From Macrostomum lignano (taxonomy: Eukaryota), in assembly GCA_002269645.1 (NCBI GenBank), contig NIVC01000690.1:186001-250000 (forward strand): DNA of 64,000 nt. Direction: 5' to 3'. The notes beneath the pieces were generated by a model. It was not told where the DNA came from and did not search any database. It saw nothing but the letters and a program-made list of their open reading frames with translations. The position numbers were made by a program, and so were the translations under genes. Positions 23,836-35,407 of this stretch are shown here, piece by piece. The number at the start of each line of letters is the position of its first letter. The stretch's first letter is position 1.

Positions 23836-25128
23836 GGAGGGGCACTACAAAAGTGTTTAGCTACATCTAAACAGAAGCAGCTTTGAAGCTGAAATTTTCG
23901 CAGCTTGTCAAAGTATCCTCCTTCAGCCTGGATGCAGCGCCTCATACTCTGAAACCAGGTGACGAAGCAGTGGTGGGACTTGGAAGTCGACACCCCTTCA
24001 CCATCTCGTCAAATGCATAAACAGCCTCCTCTGCAGTCGAAAATTGCCGGCCAAGCAAGGAATCCTTGACTTTAGGGAACAGGAAAAAGTCACACGGTGC
24101 CAGATCAGGCGAGCATGGCCGGTGACTGGTCAGCTGCAGACCCTGAGTCTGCAGAAACTACCGTTTTGCCTGAGCCGTGTGAGCGCTGGCCTTGTCCTGA
24201 AGCCTCGGACACCGGACTTTGGACGCGTCCTGCTCAGTCTGTGGATGACCTGCGGCAAGCAGACGCCAGTATACCAGGCCACAGTCACCGTACGCTGGTC
24301 CAGCAGCCGCACAGTCACCACGTGACCTGAGCGACGGAAAAAAGTTTTGACCATTTGCTTGCCGGTGCTCCTGCCTCGCACGACCTTCGTTGGCGGCACC
24401 TCGTCTGGAAACGCCCACACCTGCGACTGGCACTTGCACTCTGGCTCGTAGCAGTACACCCAAGTCTCGTCGCATGTCACGATGTCGGCGACCGCTTTTG
24501 ACGCTCCATCGCTGTACTTTTGTAGCATCTGGCGGCACCAATCGACCCTAGTCTGTTTCTCCTCAGGCTGAACCAGGTGGGGCACCCAGCGACTGGTCAG
24601 CTTGCGCAAGCCGATGTGGTTGTGAAGGATTTTAGCGATTGCCGGTGAATGGATGCCCATGGATTCCTCTATCTCCGTGTAGGTTATCCGCCTGTCAGCT
24701 TCAACCAGCTGGCGGACACGAGCCACTGTTTCTGGTGTCGTGGCAGTTGCAGTGTCGTGGCAGTCCTTATCTTCCAACGTGTCTCGGCCACAACGAAACT
24801 CGCGGAACCAGTTTCTGACAGTTGCAGGCGATGGAGCAGCTTCTGTGAAAGCCGCTGACAGCCTTTTGTGGTACTGGTGGCAATCAAGGCTGTTGCGATA
24901 GTCATAAAAGATCCTGACACAAAAGTGCTCGCGATTCAGTTTCATGAGCTCTGCTGGAAAGTGTGCAGAGGTGCAGAAGTTATCTGGCTCTAGCGGCTGA
25001 ATGCTGCAAGATATTTGCCTGAAATTTTATCCATCATCGTCATTTTTGTTGTCCGTAGGCCTGTGAAAAAATAAAGCTAATAGGACAAACAACTGATGTG
25101 TGGCTAAAAACTTTTGCAGTGCCCCTCG
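23836..25128 (-). mobile_element. Mariner (Tc1/mariner) element with frameshifted transposase (~24945 to ~23920)
   Basis: ~30-bp TIRs GAGGGGCACT[AG]CAAAAGT, TA duplication at 23834-5 and 25129-30; WVPH, CDETW and SPDLAPCDFFLFP motifs. Confidence 0.93.
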
Positions 25129-25193
25129 TAATGTTGATTTGCAATTATTTATATAGCAATAGCAAATTCTAAAATATAATCAAACATAGTAAA

Positions 25194-25260
25194 TCAATGT
25201 TAAAAAGCTGGAACAGATTGCAATCACTGACATTTGCATGCTAATGATTGGATCCAGAAA
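25194..25260 (-). pseudogene. Decayed U36-like snoRNA; a U34-like remnant follows at ~25353-25378
   Basis: GTTAAAAAGCT and GATTGGATC retained, C box lost. Confidence 0.55.
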
Positions 25261-25394
25261 TTTCAAAATTTCCATAATAAACCGGACTAAAAAACAATTG
25301 TTCATAATTTGTAATATATTGCCGAGTTTAGTAGAAACAATTGTCAAATCAAACAATTGTAGGTAAGAATCGTTCTTTGTTTACCTCATTTCAA

Positions 25395-25940
25395 CAGCAT
25401 CCGCCTTTTCCTCCGCCCCAACCCTCAGCCAAAGCGGCATCCGCCCTTTTCTCCGCCCAACCCTCAGCCAAAGCGGCATCCGCCCTTTCCTCCGCCCAAC
25501 CCTCAGCCAAAGCGGCATCCGCCCTTTCCTCCGCCCCAACCCTCAGCCAAAGCGGCATCCGCCCTTTTCTCCGCCCCAACCCTCAGCCAAAGCGGCATCC
25601 GCCCTTTCCTCCGCCCAACCCTCAGCCAAAGCGGCATCCGCCCTTTCCTCCGCCCCAACCCTCAGCCAAAGCGGCATCCGCCCTTTCCTCCGCCCAACCC
25701 TCAGCCAAAGCGGCGTCCGCCCTTTTCTCCGCCCCAACCCTCAGCCAAAGCGGCGTCCGCCCTTTTCTCCGCCCCAACCCTCAGCCAAAGCGGCGTCCGC
25801 CCTTTTCTCCGCCCCAACCCTCAGCCAAAGCGGCGTCCGCCCTTTTCTCCGCCCCAACCCTCAGCCAAAGCGGCGTCCGCCCTTTTCTCCGCCCCAACCC
25901 TCAGCCAAAGCGGCATCCGCCCTTTGCTCCGCCCCCCCTT
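25395..25940. repeat. 39/40-bp GC-rich minisatellite (CCCTCAGCCAAAGCGGCATCCGCCCTTTCCTCCGCCCAA)
   Basis: Direct; single-copy homologs at ~21640-21670 and ~30690-30740. Confidence 0.93.
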
Positions 25941-26018
25941 CTAACGAAGTGGCATTCGCTCTTCATTTTAATCAACATTTTATGAAACAATTAATCCGAA
26001 ATTATTAATGCGTTTCTC

Positions 26019-26084
26019 TAAGTTTTCAAGCGTGGTAAGGTCTTTTAGTAATCAAATTTGATCAGCTGTTTCGACGTACATTAT
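26019..26084 (-). pseudogene. Family X snoRNA copy with mutated C and D boxes
   Basis: TCAGCTGTTTCGACGTAC kept; C box reads ATAATGT. Confidence 0.5.
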
Positions 26085-26249
26085 GTCGAGAAACTTTACA
26101 ATTATACTACCGGGTAAAATAAATTGTAGATAAACATGTTCACTTACATAAATATTTAATGAGTCATATTGATTTCAAATTCCATCACAGTAGTATTATT
26201 AGTAGGTCTGCAATGGTTTAAAGAATAAATTTAAGAAATTAAGATTACA

Positions 26250-26294
26250 ATCATAGAAAATTAGAATAACTCATGATTGGATCTATGTCATCAT
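26250..26294 (-). pseudogene. Truncated U36-like snoRNA (5' half only)
   Basis: CTCATGATTGGATCTATGTCATCAT present; GGTTAAAAAGCTC/D box absent. Confidence 0.6.
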
Positions 26295-26481
26295 TTGAAC
26301 AGGTTCTCCACATTTACATTCGAGAAAACACACAGTATAAAATATGTAGTAGCTTAACAACTTACTATTAGTAACATAGTGAAGTGACGGCATTCGTTAA
26401 CCTGAAAAGAAAAAATCAAAAGTCATTTAGAAGTTATACATGAAACATTCAAACAGACGCTTTATCAATTACTATTACTAA

Positions 26482-26548
26482 TCAGTAGTAACATTTGACT
26501 ATCACATTGCGTAGCATCAAACAATGTAGGTAAGAATTTATTCATCAT
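26482..26548 (-). ncRNA. SNORD34: Box C/D snoRNA, U34-like (intact)
   Basis: ATGATGA, CTTACCTACATTGT, D' TTGA, C' GTGATAG, D CTGA. Confidence 0.82.
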
Positions 26549-26604
26549 AATACTTGCGATCAGTTTCTAATTCCTAAATAATTATGTAATTAAAGTTTCT
26601 ACAA

Positions 26605-26695
26605 TCAGACAATTGCGTTATTAGTCTTCCTCACTGAATACTGACTACCTACTAATAGTAGTTTAGTATCAGTAGACCGTCGTGTTTGTCATCAT
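26605..26695 (-). ncRNA. SNORD35: Box C/D snoRNA, U35-like
   Basis: All four boxes plus guide. Confidence 0.82.
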
Positions 26696-26909
26696 ATTAA
26701 TAAGGAACATGGCTTTGTGTGTTTATTCTTCTATATTACTTTTAAAAGAAAACAGATACTAGAAAAATAGGCATCAACTTACATTACAAAACATATGACG
26801 TAGACTTCATCGTTGGTGACCTACAATATTTTTAAAATAAGTTATAATTGTAATGTTGAATTGCAATTATTCGTATAGCAAATTCCAAAATATAGTGAAA
26901 CTTATTATA

Positions 26910-26981
26910 TCAGGGTTAAAAAGCTCGAACAGATTGCAATCACTGACATTTGCATGCTCATGATTGGATCTATGTCATCAT
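26910..26981 (-). ncRNA. SNORD36: Box C/D snoRNA, U36-like
   Basis: ATGATGACATAGATCCAATC..GAGCTTTTTAACCCTGA. Confidence 0.85.
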
Positions 26982-27162
26982 TCTAATGATTTATAACTTC
27001 TCAAAATCTTTAGAAGCAATGTTCAGTGTGCAATAGCAAAAACTCACTTGGCAATTGATTGATCAATATCTGAAAATTGAAAAAAATGTTTTTTTTTGTA
27101 AAGATGCAAATATTAACTTATTCTAGAAAGATAGCGTTTTTTCTAATTATATATATTTACGA

Positions 27163-27234
27163 TCAGAAAATGATGGAACGGTAAAAAGATAAATATCAAT
27201 ATAAAATTATCATATGGCAGAATCTAATCATCAC
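27163..27234 (-). ncRNA. Box C/D snoRNA family Y
   Basis: GTGATGA, GATTCTGCCA guide, D' ATGA, D CTGA. Confidence 0.72.
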
Positions 27235-27435
27235 GTATTTTATGCATTTAATGTATTCAGCATTGCATATTGCAATAGATTGAACTTACAGTGTAAAAGT
27301 TGCAGTTGCAGTTTCGCTGCCAGTAACCTTGATAGACTAAGCCACCTGGAATTTTGTAAAATAAATATTCACTATAACATAAGCAGAACTAAAAACAACA
27401 AATTCTAATCTCTTGTAATGTATGTATCGCAGAGT

Positions 27436-27498
27436 TCAGTACAAAAATCTACTATCAAATTACAAAATCAAACAATGTAGGTAAGAATTGTTCATCAT
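27436..27498 (-). ncRNA. SNORD34: Box C/D snoRNA, U34-like
   Basis: C box, CTTACCTACATTGT, D' TTGA, D CTGA. Confidence 0.82.
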
Positions 27499-27695
27499 AA
27501 ACTACAAAATGGTGTAATTTTAATTTGAATAAACAATGAAACAAAATTAAGTTAATTTTTACCTGTTGGAATTTAAAAAGACAGGGATGTCTTCACCAGA
27601 TCTGAAAAGATGTTTCAGAAAAATTTTTTACTGACTTCAATTTTTCAATCGAATCTAAAATCTGCTCTTCTACGAGCTATAGTCAATGCGAATCA

Positions 27696-27762
27696 TCAGA
27701 AACAGCCTCTAAATTGTCGATCACAATTTGATCAGATGCTTGGTGAATATAGTAATCATCAC
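27696..27762 (-). ncRNA. SNORD95: Box C/D snoRNA, U95-like
   Basis: All boxes, terminal stem, both guides. Confidence 0.82.
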
Positions 27763-27824
27763 TGATTCACGGAAATTCTCCTAAAATTGAAACTTAGTTT
27801 ACGCCACACACTAATGACAGAGCG

Positions 27825-30275
27825 ATCTAAGGAGACAGAGTGGCCCTGGGATCTGAGGTGACAGAGTGACCCTGGGATCTGAGGTGACAAAGTGACCCTG
27901 GGATCTGAGGAGACAGAGTGGCCCTGGGATCTGAGGGGACAGTGACCCTGGGATCTGAGGAGACAGAGTGGCCCTGGGATCTGAGGTGACAAAGTGACTC
28001 TGGGATCTGAGGAGACAGAGTGGCCCTGGAATCTGAGGAGACAGAGTGACTCTGGGATCTGAGGAGACAGTGACCCTGGGATCTGAGGAGACAGAGTGAC
28101 CCTGGGATCTGAGGTGACAAAGTGACTCTGGGATCTGAGGGGACAGTGACCCTGGGATCTGAGGAGACAGAGTGACCCTGGGATCTGAGGAGACAGTGAC
28201 CCTGGGATCTGAGGAGACAGAGTGACCCTGGGATCTGAGGAGACAGTGACCCTGGGATCTGAGGAGACAGAGTGACCCTGGGATCTGAGGAGACAGTGAC
28301 CCTGGGATCTGAGGAGACAGAGTGGCCCTGGAATCTGAGGAGACAGTGACCCTGGGATCTGAGGTGACAGAGTGACCCTGGGATCTGAGGTGACAAAGTG
28401 ACTCTGGGATCTGAGGGGACAGTGACCCTGGGATCTGAGGAGACAGAGTGACCCTGGGATCTGAGGTGACAAAGTGACTCTGGGATCTGAGGAGACAGAG
28501 TGGCCCTGGAATCTGAGGAGACAGTGACCCTGGGATCTGAGGTGACAAAGTGACCCTGGGATCTGAGGAGACAGAGTGGCCCTGGGATCTGAGGTGACAA
28601 AGTGACTCTGGGATCTGAGGAGACAGAGTGGCCCTGGAATCTGAGGAGACAGAGTGACTCTGGGATCTGAGGAGACAGAGTGGCCCTGGAATCTGAGGAG
28701 ACAGTGACCCTGGGATCTGAGGAGACAGAGTGACCCTGGGATCTGAGGTGACAAAGTGACTCTGGGATCTGAGGGGACAGTGACCCTGGGATCTGAGGAG
28801 ACAGAGTGACCCTGGGATCTGAGGTGACAAAGTGACTCTGGGATCTGAGGAGACAGAGTGGCCCTGGAATCTGAGGAGACAGTGACCCTGGGATCTGAGG
28901 TGACAAAGTGACCCTGGGATCTGAGGAGACAGAGTGGCCCTGGGATCTGAGGGGACAGTGACCCTGGGATCTGAGGAGACAGAGTGGCCCTGGGATCTGA
29001 GGGGACAGTGACCCAGGGATCTGAGGTGACAGAATGGCCCTGGGATCTGAGGGGACAGTGACCCTGGGATCTGAGGAGACAGAGTGACCCTGGGATCTGA
29101 GGGGACAGTGACCCAGGGATCTGAGGTGACAGAATGGCCCTGGGATCTGAGGGGACAGTGACCCTGGGATCTGAGGTGACAGAGTGACCCTGGGATCTGA
29201 GGGGACAGTGACCGGGGATCTGAGGTGACAGAGTGGCCCTGGGATCTGAGGGGACAGTGACCCTGGGATCTGAGGAGACAGAGTGACCCTGGGATCTGAG
29301 GGGACAGTGACCCAGGGATCTGAGGTGACAGAATGGCCCTGGGATCTGAGGGGACAGTGACCCTGGGATCTGAGGTGACAGAGTGACCCTGGGATCTGAG
29401 GGGACAGAGTGACCCTGGGATCTGAGGGGACAGAGTGACCCTGGGATCTGAGGTGACAGAGTGACCCTGGGATCTGAGGGGACAGAGTGACCCTGGGATT
29501 TGAGGGGACAGTGACCATGGGATCTGAGGGGACAGTGACCCTGGGATCTGAGGGGACAGAGTGACCCTGGGATCTGAGGTGACAGAGTGACCCTGGGATC
29601 TGAGGTGACAGAGTGACCCTGGGATCTGAGGTGACAGAGTGACCCTGGGAGCTGAGGGGACAGTGACCCTGGGATCTGCGGTGACAGAGTGACCCCGGGA
29701 TCTGAGGTGACAGAGTGACCCTGGGATCTGAGGTGACAGAGTGACCCTGGGATCTGAGGTGACAGAGTGACCCTGGGATCTGTGGTGACAAAGTGACCCT
29801 GGGATCTGAGGTGACAGAGTGACATCGGGATCTGAGGTGACAGAGTGACCCTGGGATCTGAGGTGACAGAGTGACCCTGGGAGCTGAGGGGACAGTGACC
29901 CTGGGATTTGCGGTGACAGAGTGACATCGGGATCTGAGGTGACAGAGTGACCCTGGGATCTGAGGTGACAGAGTGACCCTGGGATCTGAGGTGACAGAGT
30001 GACCCTGGGATCTGAGGTGACAGAGTGACCCTGGGATCTGAGGTGACAGAGTGACCCTGGGATCTGAGGTGACAGAGTGACCCTGGGATCTGAGGTGACA
30101 GAGTGAACCTGGGATCTGAGGTGACAGAGTGACCCTGGGATCTGAGGTGACAGAGTGACCCTGGGATCTGAGGTGACAGAGTGACCCTGGGATCTGAGGT
30201 GACGGTGTGATCCTGGGATCTGAGGGGACGGTGTGACTCCGCGTTTTGAGGTGACCCTGGGATCTGAGGTGACAG
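27825..30275. repeat. 24/26-bp satellite, array 2 (longest)
   Basis: Direct; explains ORFs 27759, 27811, 27827. Confidence 0.95.
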
Positions 30276-30323
30276 ATCACCTTATTGTAGCATCAAACAG
30301 TGTAGGTAAGAGTTTAATCAATT
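30276..30323 (-). pseudogene. Decayed U34-like snoRNA abutting satellite
   Basis: Same remnant as 23471-23520. Confidence 0.6.
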
Positions 30324-30396
30324 ATATTTTAATTTTAGGCTTGAAACTTGTGATCAGTTTCAAATTCCTATAATTATATAGTTAAAGTTCCCATAA

Positions 30397-30491
30397 TCAG
30401 ACAGTTGCGTTATCAAAGTTTTCCTCACTGAATACCAGAACTACCTACTAATAGTAGTTTAGTATCAGTAGACCGTCGTGTTTGTCATCAC
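30397..30491 (-). ncRNA. SNORD35: Box C/D snoRNA, U35-like
   Basis: All boxes plus guide. Confidence 0.8.
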
Positions 30492-30804
30492 ATTATTAAG
30501 GAAGATGGCCCTGTGTGTTTACTTTAAATTACTTCTAAACAAACATATACTAGAAAAATAGGCATTAACTTACTTCACAAAACACATGATGTAGACTTCA
30601 TCTTTGGTGAACTGCAATAATATTAAAATAAGTTATAATGGTAATGTTGATTTGAAATTATTTATTTAGCAAATTATAAAATATGGCATCTTGTGGCATC
30701 CGCCCTTTGCTCCGCCCTCACATTTCGCCAATGCGACATCGGCCTATCGGTGGCTGTTTCACCCGCATTTTATGAAACAATTAAAAAGCATTAATGCGTT
30801 TCTC

Positions 30805-30872
30805 TCAGTTTTTCTCATGCAACCCAACTTGTTTAGTAATCACATGTGATCAGCTGTTTCGACGTACATCAT
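30805..30872 (-). ncRNA. Box C/D snoRNA family X
   Basis: ATGATGT, ACGTCGAAACAG-CTGA, GTGATTA, D CTGA. Confidence 0.55.
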
Positions 30873-31084
30873 GTTGAGAAACTTTATAAACCATACTACC
30901 GGGTAAAATAAATTGTAGATAAACATTTTCAAATTACATAAATAATGGGAATCTCGATTTCCCACCACATAGCAGGATCTATAGTAGGTCTGTAATGGTA
31001 AAAAAAATAAATAAAAAGTTTAGAATTAATTTACAATGGGAAGGCAATTTAATAAGTATTAAATTAAAATTAACTAATGTACCG

Positions 31085-31156
31085 TCAGGGTTAAAAAGCT
31101 CGAACAGATTGCAATCACAGACATTTGCATGCTCATGATTGGATCTATGTCATCAT
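31085..31156 (-). ncRNA. SNORD36: Box C/D snoRNA, U36-like
   Basis: Both guides and boxes intact. Confidence 0.85.
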
Positions 31157-31311
31157 TCTAATGATTATTTATAACTTCTCAAAATTGTCATAAGCAAAGT
31201 TAATTGTGCAATAACAAACTCACTTGGCAACTGATTGGTCAATATCTGAAAAATAAAAAAGTTTTGTGTAAAGATGCAAATATTAACTTATTCTAGAAAT
31301 ATTAATTACGA

Positions 31312-31390
31312 CCAAATACTTATGGAACTTTAAATCGAGAAATATCAATATACACTTGTAAATTATCATATGGCAGAATCCATTAATCAT
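31312..31390 (-). pseudogene. Family Y copy with degenerate C and D boxes
   Basis: TCATATGGCAGAATC kept; C box reads ATGATTA; no CTGA. Confidence 0.5.
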
Positions 31391-31579
31391 GATTTAGAAA
31401 TATAATTTAATAATCAAATAGTAGAACATATATTAAACTTACAGCGAGCAAGTTTTAGCCTCGCTGCCAGTAACCTTGATAGACTAAGCCACCTGGAATT
31501 TTGTAAAATAAATATTCACATAACAAGCTTAACTAAAAACAATCATTTATTTTCTCTTGTAATGTATGTAACGCAGAGT

Positions 31580-31642
31580 TAAGTACAAAAATCTACTATC
31601 AAATTACAAAATCAAACAATGTAGGTAAGAATTGTTCATCAT
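31580..31642 (-). ncRNA. SNORD34: Box C/D snoRNA, U34-like, D box mutated (CTTA)
   Basis: C box and guide intact; near-identical to 27436. Confidence 0.62.
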
Positions 31643-31839
31643 AAACTACTTAATGGTGTAATTTTAATTTGAATAAGCAATGAAACAAAATTAACTTAAT
31701 TTTTACCTGTTGGAATTTAAAAAGACAGGGATGTCTTCACCAGATCTGAAAAGATGTTTCAGAAAACATTTTTACTGATTTAAATTTTTCAACTGAATAT
31801 AAAATCGGCTCTTTTGCGAGGTTTAGTCAATGCGAATCA

Positions 31840-31906
31840 TCAGAAACAGCCTCTAAATTGTCGATCCCAATTTGATCAGATGCTTGGTGAATATAGTAAT
31901 CATCAC
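31840..31906 (-). ncRNA. SNORD95: Box C/D snoRNA, U95-like
   Basis: All boxes and guides. Confidence 0.82.
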
Positions 31907-31969
31907 TGATTCACGGAAATTTTCCTAAAATTGAAACTTAGTTTATGCCACATACTAATGACAGGGTGA

Positions 31970-32710
31970 TCTGAGGGGAGAGTGACCCTGGGATCTGAGG
32001 GAACAGTGACCCTGGGATCTGAGGGGACAGTGACCCTGGGATCTGAGGGGACAGTGACCCTGGGATCTGAGGGGACAGTGACCCTGGGATCTGAGGGGAC
32101 AGTGACCCTGGGATCTGAGGGAACAGTGACCCTGGGATCTGAGGGGACAGTGACCCTGGGATCTGAGGGGACAGTGACCCTGGGATCTGAGGGGACAGTG
32201 ACCCTGGATCTGAGGGGACAGTGACCCTGGGATCTGAGGGGACAGTGACCCTGGGGTCTGAGGGGACAGTGACCCTGGGATCTGAGGGGACAGTGACCCT
32301 GGGATCTGAGGGGACAGTGACCTGGGATCTGAGGGGACAGTGACCCTGGGATCTGAGGGGACAGTGACCCTGGGATCTGACGGGACAGAGTGACACTGGG
32401 ATCTGGGGTGACAGAGTGACCCTGGGATCTGAGGTGACAGAGTAACCCTGGGATCCGAGGTGACAGAGTGACCCTGGGATCTGAGGGGACAGTGACCTGG
32501 GATCTGAGGGGACAGAGTGACCCTGGGATCTGAGGGGACGGTGTGACCTGGGATCTGAGGGGACGGTGTGACCCTGGGATTTGAGGGGACAGTGACCCTG
32601 GGATCTGAGGGGACGGTGTGACCTGGGATCTGAGGGGACAGAGTGACCCTGGGATCTGAGGGGACGGTGTGACTCTGCGTTGTGAGGTGACCCTGGGATC
32701 TGAGGTGACA
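31970..32710. repeat. 24/26-bp satellite, array 3 (24-bp unit dominant)
   Basis: Direct. Confidence 0.95.
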
Positions 32711-32760
32711 GATCACCTTATTGTAGCATCAAACAATGTAGGTATGAGTTTAATCAATCA
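32711..32760 (-). pseudogene. Decayed U34-like snoRNA abutting satellite
   Basis: GATCACCTTATTGTAGCATCAAACAATGTAGGTA, C box decayed. Confidence 0.6.
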
Positions 32761-32826
32761 TATTTTAGGCTTGAAACTTGTGATTAGTTTCTAATTTCTA
32801 TAGTCATATAGTTAAAGTTCCCATAA

Positions 32827-32921
32827 TCAGACAGTTGCGTTATTAAAGTTTTCCTCACTGAATACCAGAACTACCTACTAATAGTAGTTTAGTATCAGTA
32901 GACCGTCGTGTTTGTCATCAC
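32827..32921 (-). ncRNA. SNORD35: Box C/D snoRNA, U35-like
   Basis: All boxes plus guide. Confidence 0.8.
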
Positions 32922-33129
32922 ATTAATAAGGAAGGAGGCTCTGTGTACCTATTTTTATTACTTTTAAAACAAACAGAAATAATAAATCGGATATTAACTT
33001 ACTTTACAAAACAGACGAACTAGACCTCATCTTTGCTGAACTGCAATAGTTTTAAAATAAGTTATAATAGTAATATTAACTTACAATTATCTACATAGAA
33101 AATTGTACAATATAATGAGACTTATTAAA

Positions 33130-33201
33130 TCAGGGTTAAAAAGCTCGAACAGATTGCAATCACTGACACTGGCATGCTCATGATTGGATCTATGTCATCA
33201 T
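33130..33201 (-). ncRNA. SNORD36: Box C/D snoRNA, U36-like
   Basis: Both guides and boxes intact. Confidence 0.85.
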
Positions 33202-33384
33202 TCTAAAATTTGTCAGAAGCAATGCTCAATGTAAAAATGACAAACTCACTTAGAAATTTGATTTGTCAATCAATATATCTGAAAATTGACAAAAAATCGA
33301 AAGATGAAAATAGTTAAAACTTTTCCAAAAAGATTATTTATCGCCAATTACATAACATACTCGTATATGACATATATGTTAATA

Positions 33385-33457
33385 TCAGATAATTGTGGAA
33401 CGGTAAAAAGATAAATATCAATATAAAAGTTATCATATGGCAGAATCTAATCATCAT
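33385..33457 (-). ncRNA. Box C/D snoRNA family Y
   Basis: C, D', D boxes and guide intact. Confidence 0.72.
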
Positions 33458-33647
33458 GATTGGAAATAGTTTTAGATAATTTAATAATCATATTTTACAT
33501 TGAACTCACAGAATGCAAGTTGCAATGTTGCTGCCAGTGACCATGATATTCGACATAAGGGAACCTGTAATTAAAATATTCACATATTGTAATAAGCCGA
33601 ACTACAGAAACAATTGTTCATTTCTTGGAATGCACTACAGTGTTAGC

Positions 33648-33710
33648 TCAGTACAAAAATCTACTATCAAATTGTCAAATCAAACAATGTAGGTAAGAAT
33701 TGTTCATCAT
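33648..33710 (-). ncRNA. SNORD34: Box C/D snoRNA, U34-like
   Basis: C box, guide, D' TTGA, D CTGA. Confidence 0.82.
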
Positions 33711-33922
33711 AAACTACGAGTACAGCAGAGGTGAAATTTATAAATTAAATAAACAATGAAAGCAGAAGTTTAATTTTATTTACCTGTTAGGCCTTAAACA
33801 AACAGCGGCCGGTATTTAATAGATCTGGAATGATGTTAACAATTTTTACAGACTTCAAAAGTACATTAGAAGTGGACTATTAATATTTATTAGCACTCCC
33901 TTTGTGTAGTCAATGCGAATCA

Positions 33923-33989
33923 TCAGAAACAGCCTCTAAATTGTCGATCACAATTTGATCAGATGCTTGGTGAATAACTAACTCATCAC
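33923..33989 (-). ncRNA. SNORD95: Box C/D snoRNA, U95-like
   Basis: All boxes and guides. Confidence 0.82.
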
Positions 33990-34049
33990 TGATTCACAGG
34001 AATTCTCCTCAAATTGAAACTTATTTTATGCCCTACTAATAACAACGTG

Positions 34050-35090
34050 ATCTGCGGTGACAGAGTCACCCTGGGATCTGCGGTGACAGAGTGACCCTGG
34101 GACCTGAGGTGACAGAGTGACCCTGGTCTCTGCGGTGACAGAGTGACCCTGGGATCTGCGGTGACAGTGACCCTGGGCTGAGGTGACAGAGTGACCCTGG
34201 GATCTGAGCTGACAGAATGACCCTGGGATCTGAGGTGACAGAGTGACCCTGGGATCTGCGGTGACAGAGTGACCCTGGGATCTGAGGTGACAGAGTGACC
34301 CTGGGATCTGGGGTGACAGAGTGACCCTGGGATCTGAGGTGACAGAGTGACCCTGGATCTGAGCTGACAGAATGACCCTGGGATCTGAGGTGACAGAGTG
34401 ACCCTGGGATCTGCGGTGACAGAGTGACCCTAGGATCTGAGGTGACAGAGTGACCCTGGGATCTGCGGTGACAGAGTGACCCTGGGATCTGAGCTGACAG
34501 AATGACCCTGGGATCTGGGGTGACAGAGTGACCCTGGGATCTGCGGTGACAGAGTGACCCTGGGATCTGAGGTGACAGAGTGACCCTGGGATCTGGGGTG
34601 ACAGAGTGACCCTGGGATCTGAGGTGACAGAGTGACCCTGGGATCTGAGGTGACAGAGTGACCCTGGGATCTGGGGTGACAGAGTGACCCGGGGATCTGA
34701 GGTGACAGAGTGACCCTGGGATCTGAGGTGACAGAGTGACCCTGGGATCTGAGGGGACAGTGACCCTGGGATCTGAGGTGACAGAGTGGCCCTGGGATCT
34801 GAGGGGACAGTGACCCGGGGATCTGAGGTGACAGTGACCCTGGGATCTGAGGTGACAGAGTGACCCTGGGATCTGAGGTGACAGAGTGACCCTGGGATCT
34901 GAGGTGACAGAGTGACCCTGGGATCTGGGGTGACAGAGTGACCCTGGGATCTGGGGTGACAGAGTGACCCTGGGATCTGGTGACAGAGTGACCCTGGGCT
35001 GAGGTGACAGAGTGACCCCGGGATCTGGGGTTACAGAGTGACCCTGGGCTGAGGTGACAGAGTGACCCTGGGATCTGAGGTGACAGAGCC
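34050..35090. repeat. 24/26-bp satellite, array 4
   Basis: Direct. Confidence 0.95.
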
Positions 35091-35338
35091 AATATAGAGT
35101 TTTCTAAACAATAAGAGGGCGTGAGTTTTTAATGTACTTTTGTACTTTTAGAAATCCAAACCTACAGCTAATTAAGATAGATGGTTTTACCATGCGATAA
35201 GCAGATCAGCATTCTTCGTCAAACTTAAGGCGGATCGCAGCAATTCTGCAATAGCAATATGTGGTAATAAAATAAGAACAGTATGTATATACATTGCTGC
35301 AATATTTTTGATTGTCAAAGAAAGCATCACAGCACAAT

Positions 35339-35407
35339 TCAGGGTTAAAAAGCTCATAAAGTTTGCAATCATTTAAATTGCAATCATTATTGGATCTATG
35401 TCATCAT
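35339..35407 (-). ncRNA. SNORD36: Box C/D snoRNA, U36-like
   Basis: ATGATGACATAGATCCAAT..GAGCTTTTTAACCCTGA. Confidence 0.85.

Noticed and set aside
27759-30280. Long ORFs of 339-817 aa (also 4924-5777, 22585-23475, 31938-32716, 34430-35092, 48423-49766, 59574-60714, 61072-61750)
   Set aside because: Translations of stop-free tandem repeats, open in several frames and on both strands; not genes
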